The position numbers and the translations under genes were made by a program. A model generated the notes under the pieces. That model was not told where the DNA came from. It worked only from the letters and a program-made list of their open reading frames with translations, and ran no database searches. Below, piece after piece: positions 1-12,610 of a stretch of 64,000 bases of DNA. The stretch comes from Mobula hypostoma (taxonomy: Eukaryota). How positions within the stretch are numbered: position 1 is the first letter of the stretch; each line of letters starts with the position of its first letter. The stretch is from the NCBI RefSeq assembly GCF_963921235.1, contig NC_086097.1:13330001-13394000 (forward strand), read 5' to 3'.

Positions 1-960
1 TTAAAGCGTTTGATTTAATTTGATAAATTAGGATTGTTTCTGATGCATTGTGGAAATAATTTTCGCTCCCCACTCCCGATAATCTATTCTACTCGCAAGA
101 GACTGTTATGACAAAGAGAAACGATACCCAGAACTTTCCTCTCGAGTTTCTACCCTTGTATCCCGCTGAAATTGTACGTTTTATACTAGAAACATTGGCC
201 GACTCAGGGCTGGTCTCTGCAATAGAGGCACAGGATTGAATTAGGCAGAATTACAACGAAGATCCCCATGTCTGAAATAGTGAATAAGAACACAATTGTT
301 CCATAATGCCTTGACACCCTTCCTGATGCTTGGACGGGAATCTGGGAGACACGTAGAACTCCGACGACGAAGAAAAATGGACAGTGTTTTAGTCGTTTGG
401 GGATTAAGATAGTCAAGTCCCCGTCTATATTCGTGAAACTGTAACATTATTTCTGCTCTGGCGTCACGCGTTCGAGACCCGTTCGCTTTGTCCTTTCTGG
501 TCCCTTTGAAATGAAGGGTTGGTTCAACTGATATGCTATAACAATTTTGTTTAAAGAAATGTAGAAAGTTACGGGGGAATAGCGGACAGATTTTATTCGG
601 GCTACCATCTGAACAGTGATCAACATAGAAAATTGGTGCGACAACATTTAATGCGGCTGATTTTTCTTTACGCTGAATTACGGCAGGATTGTGTGAGACA
701 GACCTCTTCGTAACAGTGTACTAGAATGCACTCATCTAAGTCAAGGAGAATGGAATTCTTCGCCCAGTTGCCCTGTTAAATGTTGATCACTACCGCTCGC
801 ACAACCTCCTGCGCTCTTTCACTCGGGCGCGGCAGCTATCCACAAGCTGGGAATTCGCAATACGTGTTTAACAGTACAAACCACCCGCACAATCTACTTT
901 CAAATATATAAACTACGACCAATATTGTAACATTCAGTGGTGGAGTGTCCGTAAGAAATC
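1..960. promoter_or_regulatory. CpG-enriched, repeat-free segment (possible edge of an unmethylated CpG island)
   Basis: Many CpGs (ccgacgacga, gcgtcacgcgttcgag, actcgggcgcggc) compared with the CpG-depleted remainder of the window; no TE similarity recognised. Confidence 0.4.
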
Positions 961-1233
961 CTCTCACAGGCCAGAAAAGGAGCATTCAGTAACTGAACTG
1001 CAAGCACAAGGAAGCGGCTATTTGGCCCATCTTGATCATGTCGATCCTTTCAAATGTTCGTCCAGATGTGACGGTCTGCCGCTGCTATCCTTTCCGGCAC
1101 TGGGCTTAAGACCCTAACCACATATTGACTGAGCAAAAAATCTGCAATCCCTCTTGCAACGTGCCACAAAAATAATTTAAACACATTCCTCGTGTTTATA
1201 GTCCTCTCTGCTTCTGAACACAAAACATTTATT

Positions 1234-2207
1234 TAGAATATAGAATGTAGAATAGTACAGCGTAGTACAGGTCTTTCGGCTCACAATGTTGTGCTGACCT
1301 TTAACCTACTCTATGATCAATTTAACCCTTCTCACCTACATAATCGTTTAATTTTCTACCATCCATGTGCCTAATCAAGAGTTTCTTAAAACCCCCTAAT
1401 GTGTCTGCCTCTATGACCACCACTGGCAGGGCCTTCCACACACTCACCATCTCTGACATCCACCCCCACCCCACCACCATACTTTCCTCCAGTCACCTTA
1501 AAATTATGCTTCCCTGGTATTAGTTATTTCTGCCCTGGGGAAATAGTCTCTGGCCAGCCTATCAATCTATACCTCTTATCATCTTGTACACCTTCATAAA
1601 GTCACTCTCATCTCCTTTACTCCAAAGGCAAAAGCCATCACTCATTCAACCTAAAAGCAATGGATATGACCCAATCTATCACCAGCAAAACCGTCCCCAC
1701 CATTGAGCCTATCTCTGCACAGAACGGCGTAGCAGGAAAGCAGCGTCCATTATTAAGGACCCCCACTACCCAGACCATGCACTCTTTTTGCTGCTGCCAT
1801 TAGGAAGGAGGTACTGGACCCACACCACCAGGTTCAGAAAAAGTTACTACCCCTCAACTATCAAACTCTTGAACCTGAGGGGAGAACTTCACTCACCCCA
1901 ACAATGTTCGGACAACCTATGGATTCACTGCGAAGAATGCTTAATATTCTCATTATTCATTCCTTATTTAATTATTATTATTATTTCTTTTTAAAATTTT
2001 GTATTTGCATGGTTTGTTGTGTCTTTCATATTGGTTGTTTGTCCGTATTTGTTATGTACATTCTTTTCATTGACTCTATTGTGATTCTTTGTATTTACTG
2101 TGAATGCCAAGAAGAAAATGAATGATAATGTACTTTGGTAATAAATTCAGTTTGAACTTTGAACTTGGAGCTATTCTCATAAGACATGCTCTCTAATCCA
2201 GACAGCA
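1234..2207 (-). mobile_element. CR1 LINE 3' fragment, split by a Rex1-like insertion (pieces 1234-1653 and 2171-2207)
   Basis: CR1 tail (tagaatatagaatgtagaatagtacagc) and RT C-terminus similar to the copy at 58283-58750; tcaaccta continues as ctattctcataagacatgct after the insert. Confidence 0.8.
1654..2170 (+). mobile_element. Rex1/Babar-like LINE 3' fragment
   Basis: Encodes IIKDPHYPDHALFLLLPLGRRY..THTTRFRKSYYPSTIKLLN; 3' UTR ends in (TTTGAAC)n; CTA duplicated at 1651-1653 and 2171-2173. Confidence 0.8.
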
Positions 2208-2229
2208 GGTAGATCTCCCCACGTCCCTT

Positions 2230-2254
2230 TCTCTCTCTCTCTCTCTCTCTCTCT
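2230..2254. repeat. (CT)n microsatellite
   Basis: Read directly from the sequence. Confidence 0.95.
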
Positions 2255-2282
2255 AGGCTTCACTCTTCTCTCTGAACTCTCT

Positions 2283-2631
2283 TGTCATGAGCCCTGCATG
2301 CCTCTGCAGCATCCCATTGAGTGTTGTGCTTCTAGGTTTCTCCAGCACGTATATTTACTAATTGTTGTCATAACTAGAGTTGTTAAGCCCTTGTGCTTTC
2401 TATTTAACCCTCTCAGTTAATTGTGATTGGCATGGGGTTTCCACGTTCTATGATTATTTATAGTGGACTCCCATTTAGAGCTCTTCACAGGGCTGAAGAA
2501 TTGATTGTGTTGAGAATGATTTGTCTCACAGCAGTGCTCAGTCATGCCATCAATGCTCTGTTGGACTTTGTAAATATAACCTCTTGCTCCTCCGCACCTG
2601 GACTCAGTTGTTGCCAGTGCCCACCATGACA
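2283..2631 (+). mobile_element. Probable old solo LTR (Gypsy-type)
   Basis: Termini TGTCATG...CATGACA form a 7-bp inverted repeat; gcacctgg motif near the 3' end; no convincing TSD. Confidence 0.45.
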
Positions 2632-2689
2632 CTACCTGTAAAGGTATTGATCTACAACAGTGAAGTTTGAGATCCGAGTTTCAGCATGT

Positions 2690-2975
2690 TTTATTTATTT
2701 ATTTAGAGGTAAAGTGTGGAACTGGCCATTCTGGCACAATGAGCTACACTGCCCAGCAACCCACCTATTGAATGCTAACCTAATAACAGGAAAATTTACA
2801 ATGACCAATTAACCTACTTAATGGTACATCTTGGGAATGTGGGAGGAAACCGGGGCACCGTGAGGAAATCCACACATTCATAGGGAGGAGGTACAAACTT
2901 CTTATTGGCGGTGCCAGAATTGAACTCCAAACTCCGAGTCCCTGAGCTATAATAGTGCTGTGCTAACCGTGATGT
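2690..2975 (-). mobile_element. tRNA-derived V-SINE (HE1-like)
   Basis: V-domain-like tgtgggaggaaaccggggcacc..gaggaaatccac; B-box-like gaattgaactcc; (TAAA)n tail. Confidence 0.75.
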
Positions 2976-3574
2976 TGTTTGCTCCTGAAATTCATTCTAT
3001 TGACACCAGTGCAGGGAGCTGCAGGGAAGAGCACAATATGCGGATTATAGTGCATTTAGCACTTGCAACGTGAGATGAATTTCCACACTGCCATTTTTGT
3101 AGCGTTGTGCTGCTCTGTCAGTACTGCGCTGAACTGTCAAAATAAATTTTGCACTCAATTCTCTGGTGTGGAGTTTGAATCCATGGTCTTCTGACACTGT
3201 GAATTCGTGCCTTGGGAAAGAAATGTTACATTCCTAAAAACTTGGAACAGATTGTACCAAAAAGTTCATCTTAATTATATGGCAACACTGACGCTAAAGG
3301 ATTGTTTAATGAGGGCTGTTTTATTATAGAATGAAGATAGTCATTAAAAGAAATTGCATTAAACCATCACATTCGTCTGCCTGCTTAATCTACATGCATA
3401 GCATGTGAGGGCATACTAATAGTTTACAAAGAAGCCGAGAGTGTGACATCTTGTTCTGGGTCAACAGATAGATAGTTTAAGAGCTTTCTTATCTGTAGCC
3501 GATGCACAATTTAGGACAGTCGGTGAGGTCACCGCTTCCTCGGCCATTCCTTGAGCTTATTTCCAGCCAGCAGT

Positions 3575-3577
<3 letters not shown>

Positions 3578-3623
<46 letters not shown>
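3578..3623. repeat. (CA)n microsatellite
   Basis: Read directly from the sequence. Confidence 0.95.
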
Positions 3624-3625
<2 letters not shown>

Positions 3626-3989
3626 AAACTCATGTCTATAGAAAAGCAGACATAAGCAGATATGCATTCTTATGTGCAGACACAAACATGCATGTCCACA
3701 CTCACAGGCAAACATATTCAGCTCGGATGGCCAGCACAAAAGCATTTGCTATTGATAAGCAGGATAGCACTGCCTGACATTGCAGTCGTGAGCATTTCCT
3801 GAACACATAAGCTCTCAGCCATATTCTCCATTCAATGCCTGTCCTCTGTTAGAGTAAGTGTCTGTGTTTTTCTTGTAGTGGTTTGCTAAGTAATGCATTA
3901 AGGCATTTCAGATTGCAGCTTAACTATATGCCCCAGTGAAGGGGTGGAATCAATGTCATCTAAGTAAGAAGCACCTAGTTTGTGCGTGT

Positions 3990-4205
3990 GAGACATGTGA
4001 AAACTGGCTGCCAGCAGAAATTGTACGTATGGGTTCAATTTCAACACTGAAGAGAAATTTGGATAGGTACGTGAAAGGCAGGGGTATGGAGGGATATGGC
4101 ACACGGATGCAGATCGATGGCATTAGGCAGATTTATAGCTTGGCACCTGCTTGACGGGTCAAAGGACCTGCTTCTGTGCTGTAGTGTTGCATGACCCTAT
4201 GACTT
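3990..4205 (+). mobile_element. CR1 LINE 3' end fragment
   Basis: Encodes WLPAEIVRMGSISTLKRNLDRY...GMEGYG, followed by a CR1 3' UTR. Confidence 0.7.
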
Positions 4206-4394
4206 TAAGTGATGTTAAAGTAAAATGGGGATGGATATCAAGAAGCTGTATTTGCATAATATGTTGGGAAGAACTCCGCTAAGATAAGGCCCTTATATTA
4301 CAAGTCAAATGATTGACCGTTTCTTGTCACTCCATACAACACCAGAAATAGCTCTCCCATTGTTTCTTTTTTCATATTTCCTTGATGATATAGG

Positions 4395-4685
4395 AGGAGA
4401 CCATTTCGACCCATCAACTCTATGTTATCTGATTGAGCACTAACTTACCCTTGTAAACTATTCAGTCCACATTCCCGTTCATTCCCTCCAGGTGCTTGCC
4501 AGGGACAATTTGGCTAATGAACCCACTAATATGCATGTCATTGGAAGGTGGATGGATATCAGTCCACCTCAGGGAAAGCCACGGGCTCAAAGCAGACCAT
4601 GCAAGCTCCACACAAGATCACCAGAGATCAGCATTGAACCCAAATCACTGGAACTGTGAGAAAGCAGTTCCACGAGCCACATGAA
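4395..4685 (-). mobile_element. V-SINE-like element
   Basis: tRNA-like head (cattgaacccaaatcactggaactgtgag) and degenerate V domain. Confidence 0.6.
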
Positions 4686-4829
4686 TGAGTTACCTATTAC
4701 TGTACTTTCAATTCATAAGAATCTATTTTAGGCACTAATATTTCCAGCTGTTCAGGATTCATTGTTTCTCTGTTTCACTAACGGTTTAAAACAGAAATGC
4801 ACGTAGATTATAAACTGAAGAAATTCTTC

Positions 4830-5220
4830 TGATTTGAAATCCAGAGCATTACACACAAAATGCTGCTGAAACTCAGCAGGTCAGGCAGTATCTATGGAAA
4901 TGAATAAATAGTTGACGTTTCAGGTTGAGACCCTTTATCAGAACTGGAACGGAAGGGGGAAGATGGCAGAATAAGAAATTGGGGGAGGGGGATGAGAAAA
5001 GCCAGAAGGTGATAGATGAAGCCAGGTGGGTGGTGGACGGGATGAATTGAGAAATCGGGAGGTGATAGGTGGAAAAAGTAAAGAGCTGGAGAAGAAGGAA
5101 CCTGATAAGAGAGGAGAGAGGGATACCAAGAGGGGTGATTGGCCAGTGAGGAGAAAAGAAGAGGTCATAGGGGGCCAAAGTAGGGAATTGAAGAAGAGGG
5201 AAGGGGGAGGGTGAAGAGGG
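4830..5220 (-). mobile_element. Penelope-like element 3' UTR/pseudo-LTR with a degenerate hammerhead motif
   Basis: Minus strand reads cagtt-CTGATAA-agggtctcaacct-GAAAC-GTC-aacta at ~4908-4946; same family as the GIY-YIG-linked copy at 39455-40015. Confidence 0.7.
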
Positions 5221-5970
5221 AGCACACTCATGTAGATTTCTTTTTCTTGAACCAGAACGAGAAAGAAAATGTCAAGAGGTCAAACTCAAACTAGTTCTTT
5301 GTGTCAAGTACTGACAATAAGTAATGAGGCACTGATTTTAAGAGATGAAGGTTATGGTCAATCACAGAAGCCAGTTCTGCATGGAAAGTGGCTGAGGCCT
5401 CTACTGTCTTCATGTCTCATTACATTTGTCTTTCCATTGACCTGCCTGAGATGTAACTCAGTAAACGCATACTAAAAATTCAAAACTTTGTTTCCTATTC
5501 AGTCAATTAGGTTAAAAAAAAGAAAAATTAAATACATGAGCTGGCCTTCCAAATTGTAACTCGATCAAGTGACCCCTGCCACTTGCTGACTAGACTTCAG
5601 AACTGTACAGTGTTTCCTTTCCCCTGGACGTTGAATGTTCCATGGAATCAGTTATTATTCCAATACTATTGGGTGAGGGAGGTTTTCAGATTGACCCATT
5701 CTTGTAAAACCTTGCACAGGGAAAAAAGTTACCCTCTCTGTTTTTTTTGATACCCTTGACAAACTGAATCATGACAAAAAAACTCACATTTTTAACAATG
5801 ATAGACTTTTTAGAAAAGATCTTTTTAATTTATTTAGAGATATTAGTCCACCTCTGGGAAAGCCATGGGCTCAAGGGCAGACCATGCAAACTTCACACAA
5901 GATCACCAGAGGTTAGAATTGAACCCAGATCACTGGAACTGTGAGAAAGCAGCTCCACGAGCTGCAACAA

Positions 5971-6255
5971 TCTTCTTCTTCTTTGGCTGTCCATCGATTT
6001 TTGATGTTGACTGAGGCCTGGGCAAGGTTGTATGGAAGACCGGCAGTTGCCCATGCTGCAAGTCTCCCCTCTCCACGTCACCGATGTCCAAGGGAAGGGC
6101 ATTAGGACCCATACAGCTTGGCACCAGTGTCATCGCAGAGCAATGTGTGATTAAGTGTCTTGCTCAAGGACACAACATGCTGCCTCAGCTGAGGCTCAAA
6201 CTGGCGACCTTCAGATCACTAAACTGACGTCTTAACCACTTTGCCACGCGCCACA
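5971..6255 (-). mobile_element. tRNA-headed CORE-like SINE with an (AAG)n tail
   Basis: A/B-box head tggcaaagtggttaag...gtttgagcc; core gtgtccttgagcaagacacttaa; body matches the copies at 8499 and 22419. Confidence 0.75.
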
Positions 6256-6286
6256 TGCTACATTATTGAGTTACCTATTACTATAC

Positions 6287-8413
6287 GTGGCCTATCAGCG
6301 GCGTCAACAGAACTTTACCAAGAGGGATTTCTCGCAGATTGGCAGTGGTTATTTAAAAAGGGAGCTTCGAGACCGTTAGTCCATTGTATGTGGCCTATCA
6401 GCAGCTATAACAGGAGCACCAATCGTGAGTTAAATAGCAGGGAAGTTTCAGGCATAAAAGGAAAATACTGCCTAGCAGAGCGATCTTCAAAGCAGTGGAC
6501 ATAGACAGAGTGACCTGAGGCAGAGGAAGGCTTTGGCTCAACAGGGCTTCGACGGTAATGGGTCGAGGTGAGGTAAGTTACTTGTGAAGAATAGGAATAG
6601 GAAGTATGTCTGTGAGGCCAGTGTCTGTACCGTGTGTCAGATGTGGGAAGTCTGGGAGACTCCCAGCCTCCCGGACGGCCACATCTGCACCAGGTGCATT
6701 GAGCTGCAGCTCCTTAGGGACCGGATTAGGGAACTGGAGATGCAGCTCGATGACCTTCGTCTGGTCAGGAAAAGTGAGGAGGTGCTATAGGCAAGTAGTC
6801 ACACTGGGGCCTCAGGAGACAGATAAGTGGGTAACAGTCAGGAGAGGGAAGGACAGGAGTCAGATACCAGAGAGTACTGCTGTGGCTGTCCCCCTTAAAA
6901 ATAAGTACTCCTGTTTGAGTACTGTTGGGGGGGGGCAGCCGACCTAGGGGATGCAACAGTGGCCTCGCCTCTGGCACAAAGTCTGGCCCTGTGGCTCAGA
7001 CAGGTAGGGAAAGGAAGAAGGCAGCAGTGATAGGGGACTCTATAGTTAGGGGTCAGACAGGCAATTCTATGGATGCAGGAAAGAAACACAGATGGTAGTT
7101 TGCCTCCCAGATGCCACGGTGTGGGTTGTTTCTGATAGCATCCATGATATCCTGAAGTAGGAAGGTGAACAGCTAGAGGTCGTGGTACATATTGGTACCA
7201 ACGACATAGGTAGGAAAAGGGAGGAGGTCCTGAAAACAAACTACAGGGAGTTAGGAAGGAAGCTGAGAAGCAGGACCTCAGATGTAGTAATCTCGGGACT
7301 ACTGCCGTTGCCGCATGACAGTGAGTATAGGAATAGAGTGAGGTGAAGGATAAATGCGTGGCTGAGGGCTTGCCCACAGAAGGCAAAGAGTGGTGGTAGA
7401 GGGGTCATATTCTGCATTGAGTTTGGTGACCAGTGATGTCCCTCAGGGATCTGTTCTGGGATCCCTTCTCTCTGCAATTTTTATAAATGACCTGGATGAG
7501 GAAGTGGAGGGATGGGTAAGTAAATCTGCTGATGACACAAAGGTTGGGGGTGTTGTGGATAGTGTGGAGGGCTGTCAGAGGTTACAGTGGGACATCAATA
7601 GAATGCAAAATTGGGCTGAGAAGTGGCAGATGGAGTTCAACCCAGATAAGTGTGATGTAGTTCATTTTGGTAGGTCAAATATGATGGCAGAATATAGCAT
7701 TAACGGCAAGACTCTTGGCAGTGTGGAGGATCAGAGGGATCTTGGGGTCCGAGTCCATAGGACACTCAAAGCTGCTATGCAGGTTGACTCTGTGGTTAAG
7801 AATTGGCCTTCATCAACCATGGGATTGAGTTTAAGAGCCAAGAAGTAATGTTACAGCTATATAAGACCCTGGTCAGACCTCACTTGGAGTACTGTACTCA
7901 GTTCTGGTCACCTCACTACAGGAAGGATGTGCAAACCATAGAAAGGGTGCAGAGGAGATTTACAAGGATTTTGCCTGGATTGGGGAACATGCCTTATGAG
8001 AACAGGTTGAGTGAACTCGGACTTTTCTCCTTGGAGCGACGGAGGATGAGAGATGACCTGATTGAGGTGTTGAAGATGATGAGAGGCATTGATCGTGTGG
8101 ATAGTCAGAGGCTTTTTCCCAGGGCTCAGATAGCGAACATGAGAGGGCACAGTTTTACATGGAAGTAGGTACAGAGGAGATGTCAGGGGTAAGTTTTTTA
8201 CTCAGAGAGTGGTGAGTGTGTGGAATATGCTGCCGGCAATGGTGGTGGAGGTAGATATGATAGGGTCTATTAACAGACTCCTGGATAGGTACATGGAGCT
8301 TAGAAAAATAGAATGCTATGGGTAACCCTAGGTAATTTCTAAGGTAAGGACATATTTGGCACAGCATTGTGGGCTGAAGGGCCTGTATTGTGCTGCAGGT
8401 TTTCTATGTTTCT
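6287..8413 (+). mobile_element. CR1 LINE retaining 5' UTR, ORF1 (CxxC zinc finger + SGNH esterase) and RT C-terminal half, with a large internal deletion
   Basis: ORF1 CTVCQMWE...HICTRC, AAVIGDSIVRG and VVVHIGTNDIG; joins at ~7368 to RT (RRQRVVV, VPQGSVLG, SADDTK, LVRPHLEYC); tail tttctatgtttct. Confidence 0.9.
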
Positions 8414-9005
8414 AGATATAGTGCAGAGCAGCCCCGTCCAGCCTATCGAATTGCACTACCCAGCAACCCATCTATTTAAACCTAGCCAATTTACAGTGTT
8501 GGCACATTGCCAAGTAGTTAAGGCGTTGGTCTAGAGATCTGAAGGTTTCTAGTTTGAGCCTCAGCTGAGGCAGCGTGTTGTGTCCTTGAGCAAGGCACTT
8601 AACCAAACATTGCTCTGCGACGACACTGGTGCCAAGCTGTATCGACCCTAGTGCCCTTCCCTTGGACAACATTGGTGGCGTGGAGAGGGGGGACTTGCAG
8701 CATGGGCAACTGCCGGTCTTCCATACAACCTTGCCCAGGCCTGCGACCTGGAAACCTTCCAAGGCACAAATCCATGGTCTCACGAGATTAACGGATGCGT
8801 ATATAAAAAAAATTACAGTGACAAATTAACCTACTAACTGGCACAACTTTGGACTGTGGGAAGAAACCTGGGCACCAGGAGGAAACCCATGCGTTCACAG
8901 GAAGGGTGTGCAAACTTCTTATAGACAGCTTCAGAATTGCACTCTGAGCTCTGATGCCCCAAGATGTAATGGCATCATGTTAATCACTACGCTATCGTGG
9001 CACCC
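8414..9005 (-). mobile_element. V-SINE (its tail lies at 5821-5843), interrupted by the CR1 composite and by a CORE-like SINE
   Basis: Collinear with the intact copy at 57289-57583 once the inserts are removed. Confidence 0.75.
8499..8812 (+). mobile_element. tRNA-headed CORE-like SINE with TSD
   Basis: TTACAGTG duplicated at 8491-8498 and 8813-8820; A-rich tail. Confidence 0.85.
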
Positions 9006-9439
9006 AAATTGTTTTCCTTCTAATACCCTGTATGTTTCAGCTTGCCATGGACAATTCTAACGCAGATGCTGGAATTCTGAAATAAAATCAGAAATGCTGG
9101 AACATCTATGGAAGAAAACACAATTGATCTTCAGAATGAGCAACGTTTAATCTAAAGTGTTGTGGTGTAACAAATAATCTGCTGGTGGAACTCGACAGGT
9201 TGAGAAGCAACTGTGGTGGGGGGAGGAAAGTGGGTTGGTGAAAGGATTTGCTGATGTTTTTGGTCAAAACCCAAAATGTCACAGTGAAGGATCTTTGATT
9301 TGAAGCATTTAACTCTGTCTATATAACACAAGTTGCTGCCTGATCTGCTGAGCGTTTCCAGGATTTTATAGTTTTATTTCAGATTTCCAGCACCTAAGAT
9401 TTTATTTGCTTTCTTATTTACTATTTCAGAGAATACAGA

Positions 9440-11050
9440 GCGAAGCTTTCTTTAACAAGCAAAAGAAAGGGTAAAAAGAGAGTCGAGGGTAGATATAGGA
9501 CCAATGAAAAATGACGCTGGAGATATTGTAATGAGCGACGCAGAGATGGCAGAGGAACTGAATGTGTATTTTGCATCAGTCTTCACAGTGGATGACATCT
9601 GCAGTGTACCGGACATTCAAGAATGTTAGGGAAATGAAGTATGTCCAGTGAAAATTACGACTGAGAAGGTACTCAGGAAGCTTAATGGTCTGAGGGTGGA
9701 TAAATCTCCTGGACCTGATGGAATTCACCCTCGGGTTCTGAAGGAAGTAGCTGGAGAGATTGCAGAGGCATTAACAATGATCTTTCAAGAATTGATAGAT
9801 TCTGACATTGTAACGGATGACTGGAAAATTGCAAATGTTACTCTGCTATTTAAGAAGGGTGGGAGGCAGCAGAAAGGAAATTATAGACTTGTTAGCCTGA
9901 CATCAGTGGTTGGGAAGTTGTTGGAATCGATTGTTAGAGATGAGATTACAAAGTACCTGGAGGCACGTGACAAGATAGGCCAAAGCCAGCATGGTTTCCT
10001 GAAAGGAAAATCCTGCCTGACAAATCTACTGCAATTTTTTGAGGAAATTACAAGCAGGGTAGACAAAGGAGATGCAGTAGATGTGGTGTACTTGAATTTT
10101 CAGAGATTTGTGGCTAAATTTGCCGATGATACAAAGATAGATGGAGGAGTGGGTAGTGTTGAGGAAACAGAGAGCCTGCGGAGAGACCAAGATAGCTTAG
10201 GGGAATGGGCAAAGAAGTGGCAAATGAAATGCAATGTTGGAAAGTGTATGGTCATGCACTTTGGTGGAAGAAATAAATGGGCAGACTATTATTTAGATGG
10301 GGAGAGAATTCAAAATGCAGAGATGCAAAGGAACTTGGGAGTTCTTGCGCAGGATACCCTAAAGGTTAACTTCCAGGCTGAGTCGGTGGTGCAGAAGGCG
10401 AATGCAATGTTGGCATTCATTTCTAGAGGTATATAATATAGGAGCAGGGATGTGATTTTGAAGCTCTATAAGGCACTCATGAGACCACACTTGGAGTATT
10501 GTGTGCAGTTTTGGGTTCCTTATTTTAGAAAGGATACACTGACATTGGAGGGGGTTCAGAGGAGATTCACGAGAGTGAGTCCAGGAATGAAAAGGTTACC
10601 ATATGAGGAATATCTGGCAGCTCTTGGGCTATATTCATAGAAGAATGAGGGGGGATCTCATAGAAACATTCCGAATGTTAAAAGGCCTAAACAGATTAGA
10701 TATGGCAAAGTTATTCCCATGGTAGGGGAGTCTAGGACAAGTGGGCATGACTTCAGGATTGAAGGACGTCCATTTAGAAAAGAGATGCAGAGAAATTACT
10801 TTAGTCAGAGGGTGGTAAATCTGTGGAATTTGTTGCCACGAGCGACAGCGGAGGCCAAGTCATTGGGTGCATTTAAGGCAGAGATAGATGGGCTCTTGAT
10901 CAGCCAGGGCATCGAAGGGTATGGGGAGAAGGCAGGGGAGTGGGGATGACTGGAAGAATTGGATCAGCCCATGATTGAATGGTGGAGCAGACTCGATGGG
11001 CCGAATGGCCTACTTCTGCTCCTGTATCTTATGGTAAAGTGTCTTATGGT
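9440..11050 (+). mobile_element. CR1 LINE, 5'-truncated ORF2 (RT) with an in-frame internal deletion
   Basis: DKSPGPDGIHPRVLKE, QHGFLKGKSCLTNL; VDVVYLNFQ joined directly to RFVAKFADDTK; 3' UTR ggccgaatggcctacttctgctcct. Confidence 0.9.
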
Positions 11051-12610
11051 AAATATGGCCCCACTCTTTTATCTCTTCAATAGATGTTGTTAAACTTTTA
11101 TTTAATAAAGAAAATATGTTTATTTGGCTTCATCAAGACAAACAACACACTTCTAATCAATGAAAATGGCTGACAATATTTAGCATTCATTGGAACTTCT
11201 GAGATGAATCCTACACACATCATAGAATTTCCTAGGTTCCACACAGCCATGCAAATCTGAGCACTGTTTTAAGCTTCTGTAAAGAAGGAGCTAATACAAA
11301 TTATTTTGAAAAGTGATAATTGGAAGCAATATCAGGAAGCATTTCTTCCTTTGTTATAATTAAAACCCAATAAGTTTCTAAAGACATTTGTAAGGAGGTC
11401 AAACACTCTGGGGTCACTCAGAATGCAATTCAGTGATTTTGTCATTGATATATTGCTTTTGAATGTAACAGTTGCTTTGAAATTCATCACAATTTCTAGT
11501 ACTAAATAAATGTACAATGGCGTAGGAAGACCTTGTTCTACAGTGCAAATGGAATTCTGTTCAATGGCGCTGAAGTTTAGAAGCTGAGTAGATCATACAG
11601 TTATAGACTCATAGAGAGTCACAGAGAGACACAACACAGAAACCACCCATCTACCCCAATCCAACATTAACCCCATTTTGATTTCATTCAGCATGAAATA
11701 GCTGAACAAATGTTCCCTCCATTTTTTTTACAGCTGCACAGACCAATCATCATTTTGAGCAGAAAATTTTTACATGGCCTGAAAACTACATAGCAAGTTA
11801 AATGTTTTGTTTTTGTAATATGAGTACTGTGAATATTTAGAATGAAAATTGAAAAGTCACATACTCTCGATTTCATTTCTTAATTGAAAGGTGTAATTAA
11901 ATACAGTACAACAAAGAAGATCTGTCATGTTTCGTTAACTTTTAAACATACACGGTGTCAGCCTTTAACGGGCTGGCAGCTTACTAACAATGAGCTGCCG
12001 TCTTCCATTCTGTGTATATTGTTACAATTTGTAACCGTGTTGTAACTTGAAACACTGACAATGCAAATACTTATGTTGAATCTCTAAAATGGTTCATAGA
12101 AAAGGCTGTGGTACATTTATTATTTAGAAAATTTATGGATTATGCTCATTAACACATAATTAATTACAGAGCATTTCGCAATTAGATTTCAATATTATAT
12201 TAGTATAATTTCAGATTTATATAACATCATATAAAACAACTTCAGCTGTGCAACAACAAATGCTTTGTGCGTGGGAGCATTTCAGTTACTGCGCTATCGC
12301 GCACCCATACAGTTTAGAGGGAACAGTGAACCGAACCCTACCAATTAAAAGTGAGCAACTCAGTAAATAACTCATATAATGGCAAAAGCTTGGAGACTTG
12401 AAGCTGGAGGCCTGTTCTGGAATTGAAAGACCGTCCAAGTGTATGGGTGGGCAGGAAGAAGGAAGGTGGCTTCTTTTTGCTGTTGTTACTTTGTTGCTTG
12501 TTTGGATATGTTCCATGTTGTTCTGCCGAGCATTGTGAGCATGCTACGTTGGCGCTGAAATGTGTTGATTGTTAACACGGATGACACACTTCACTGTATG
12601 TTTCAATGTG

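Noticed and set aside
9648..10436. 262-aa RT-like ORF as a functional or domesticated gene
   Set aside because: The deletion removes the AFD and PQG motifs and the downstream frame is broken; a dead CR1.
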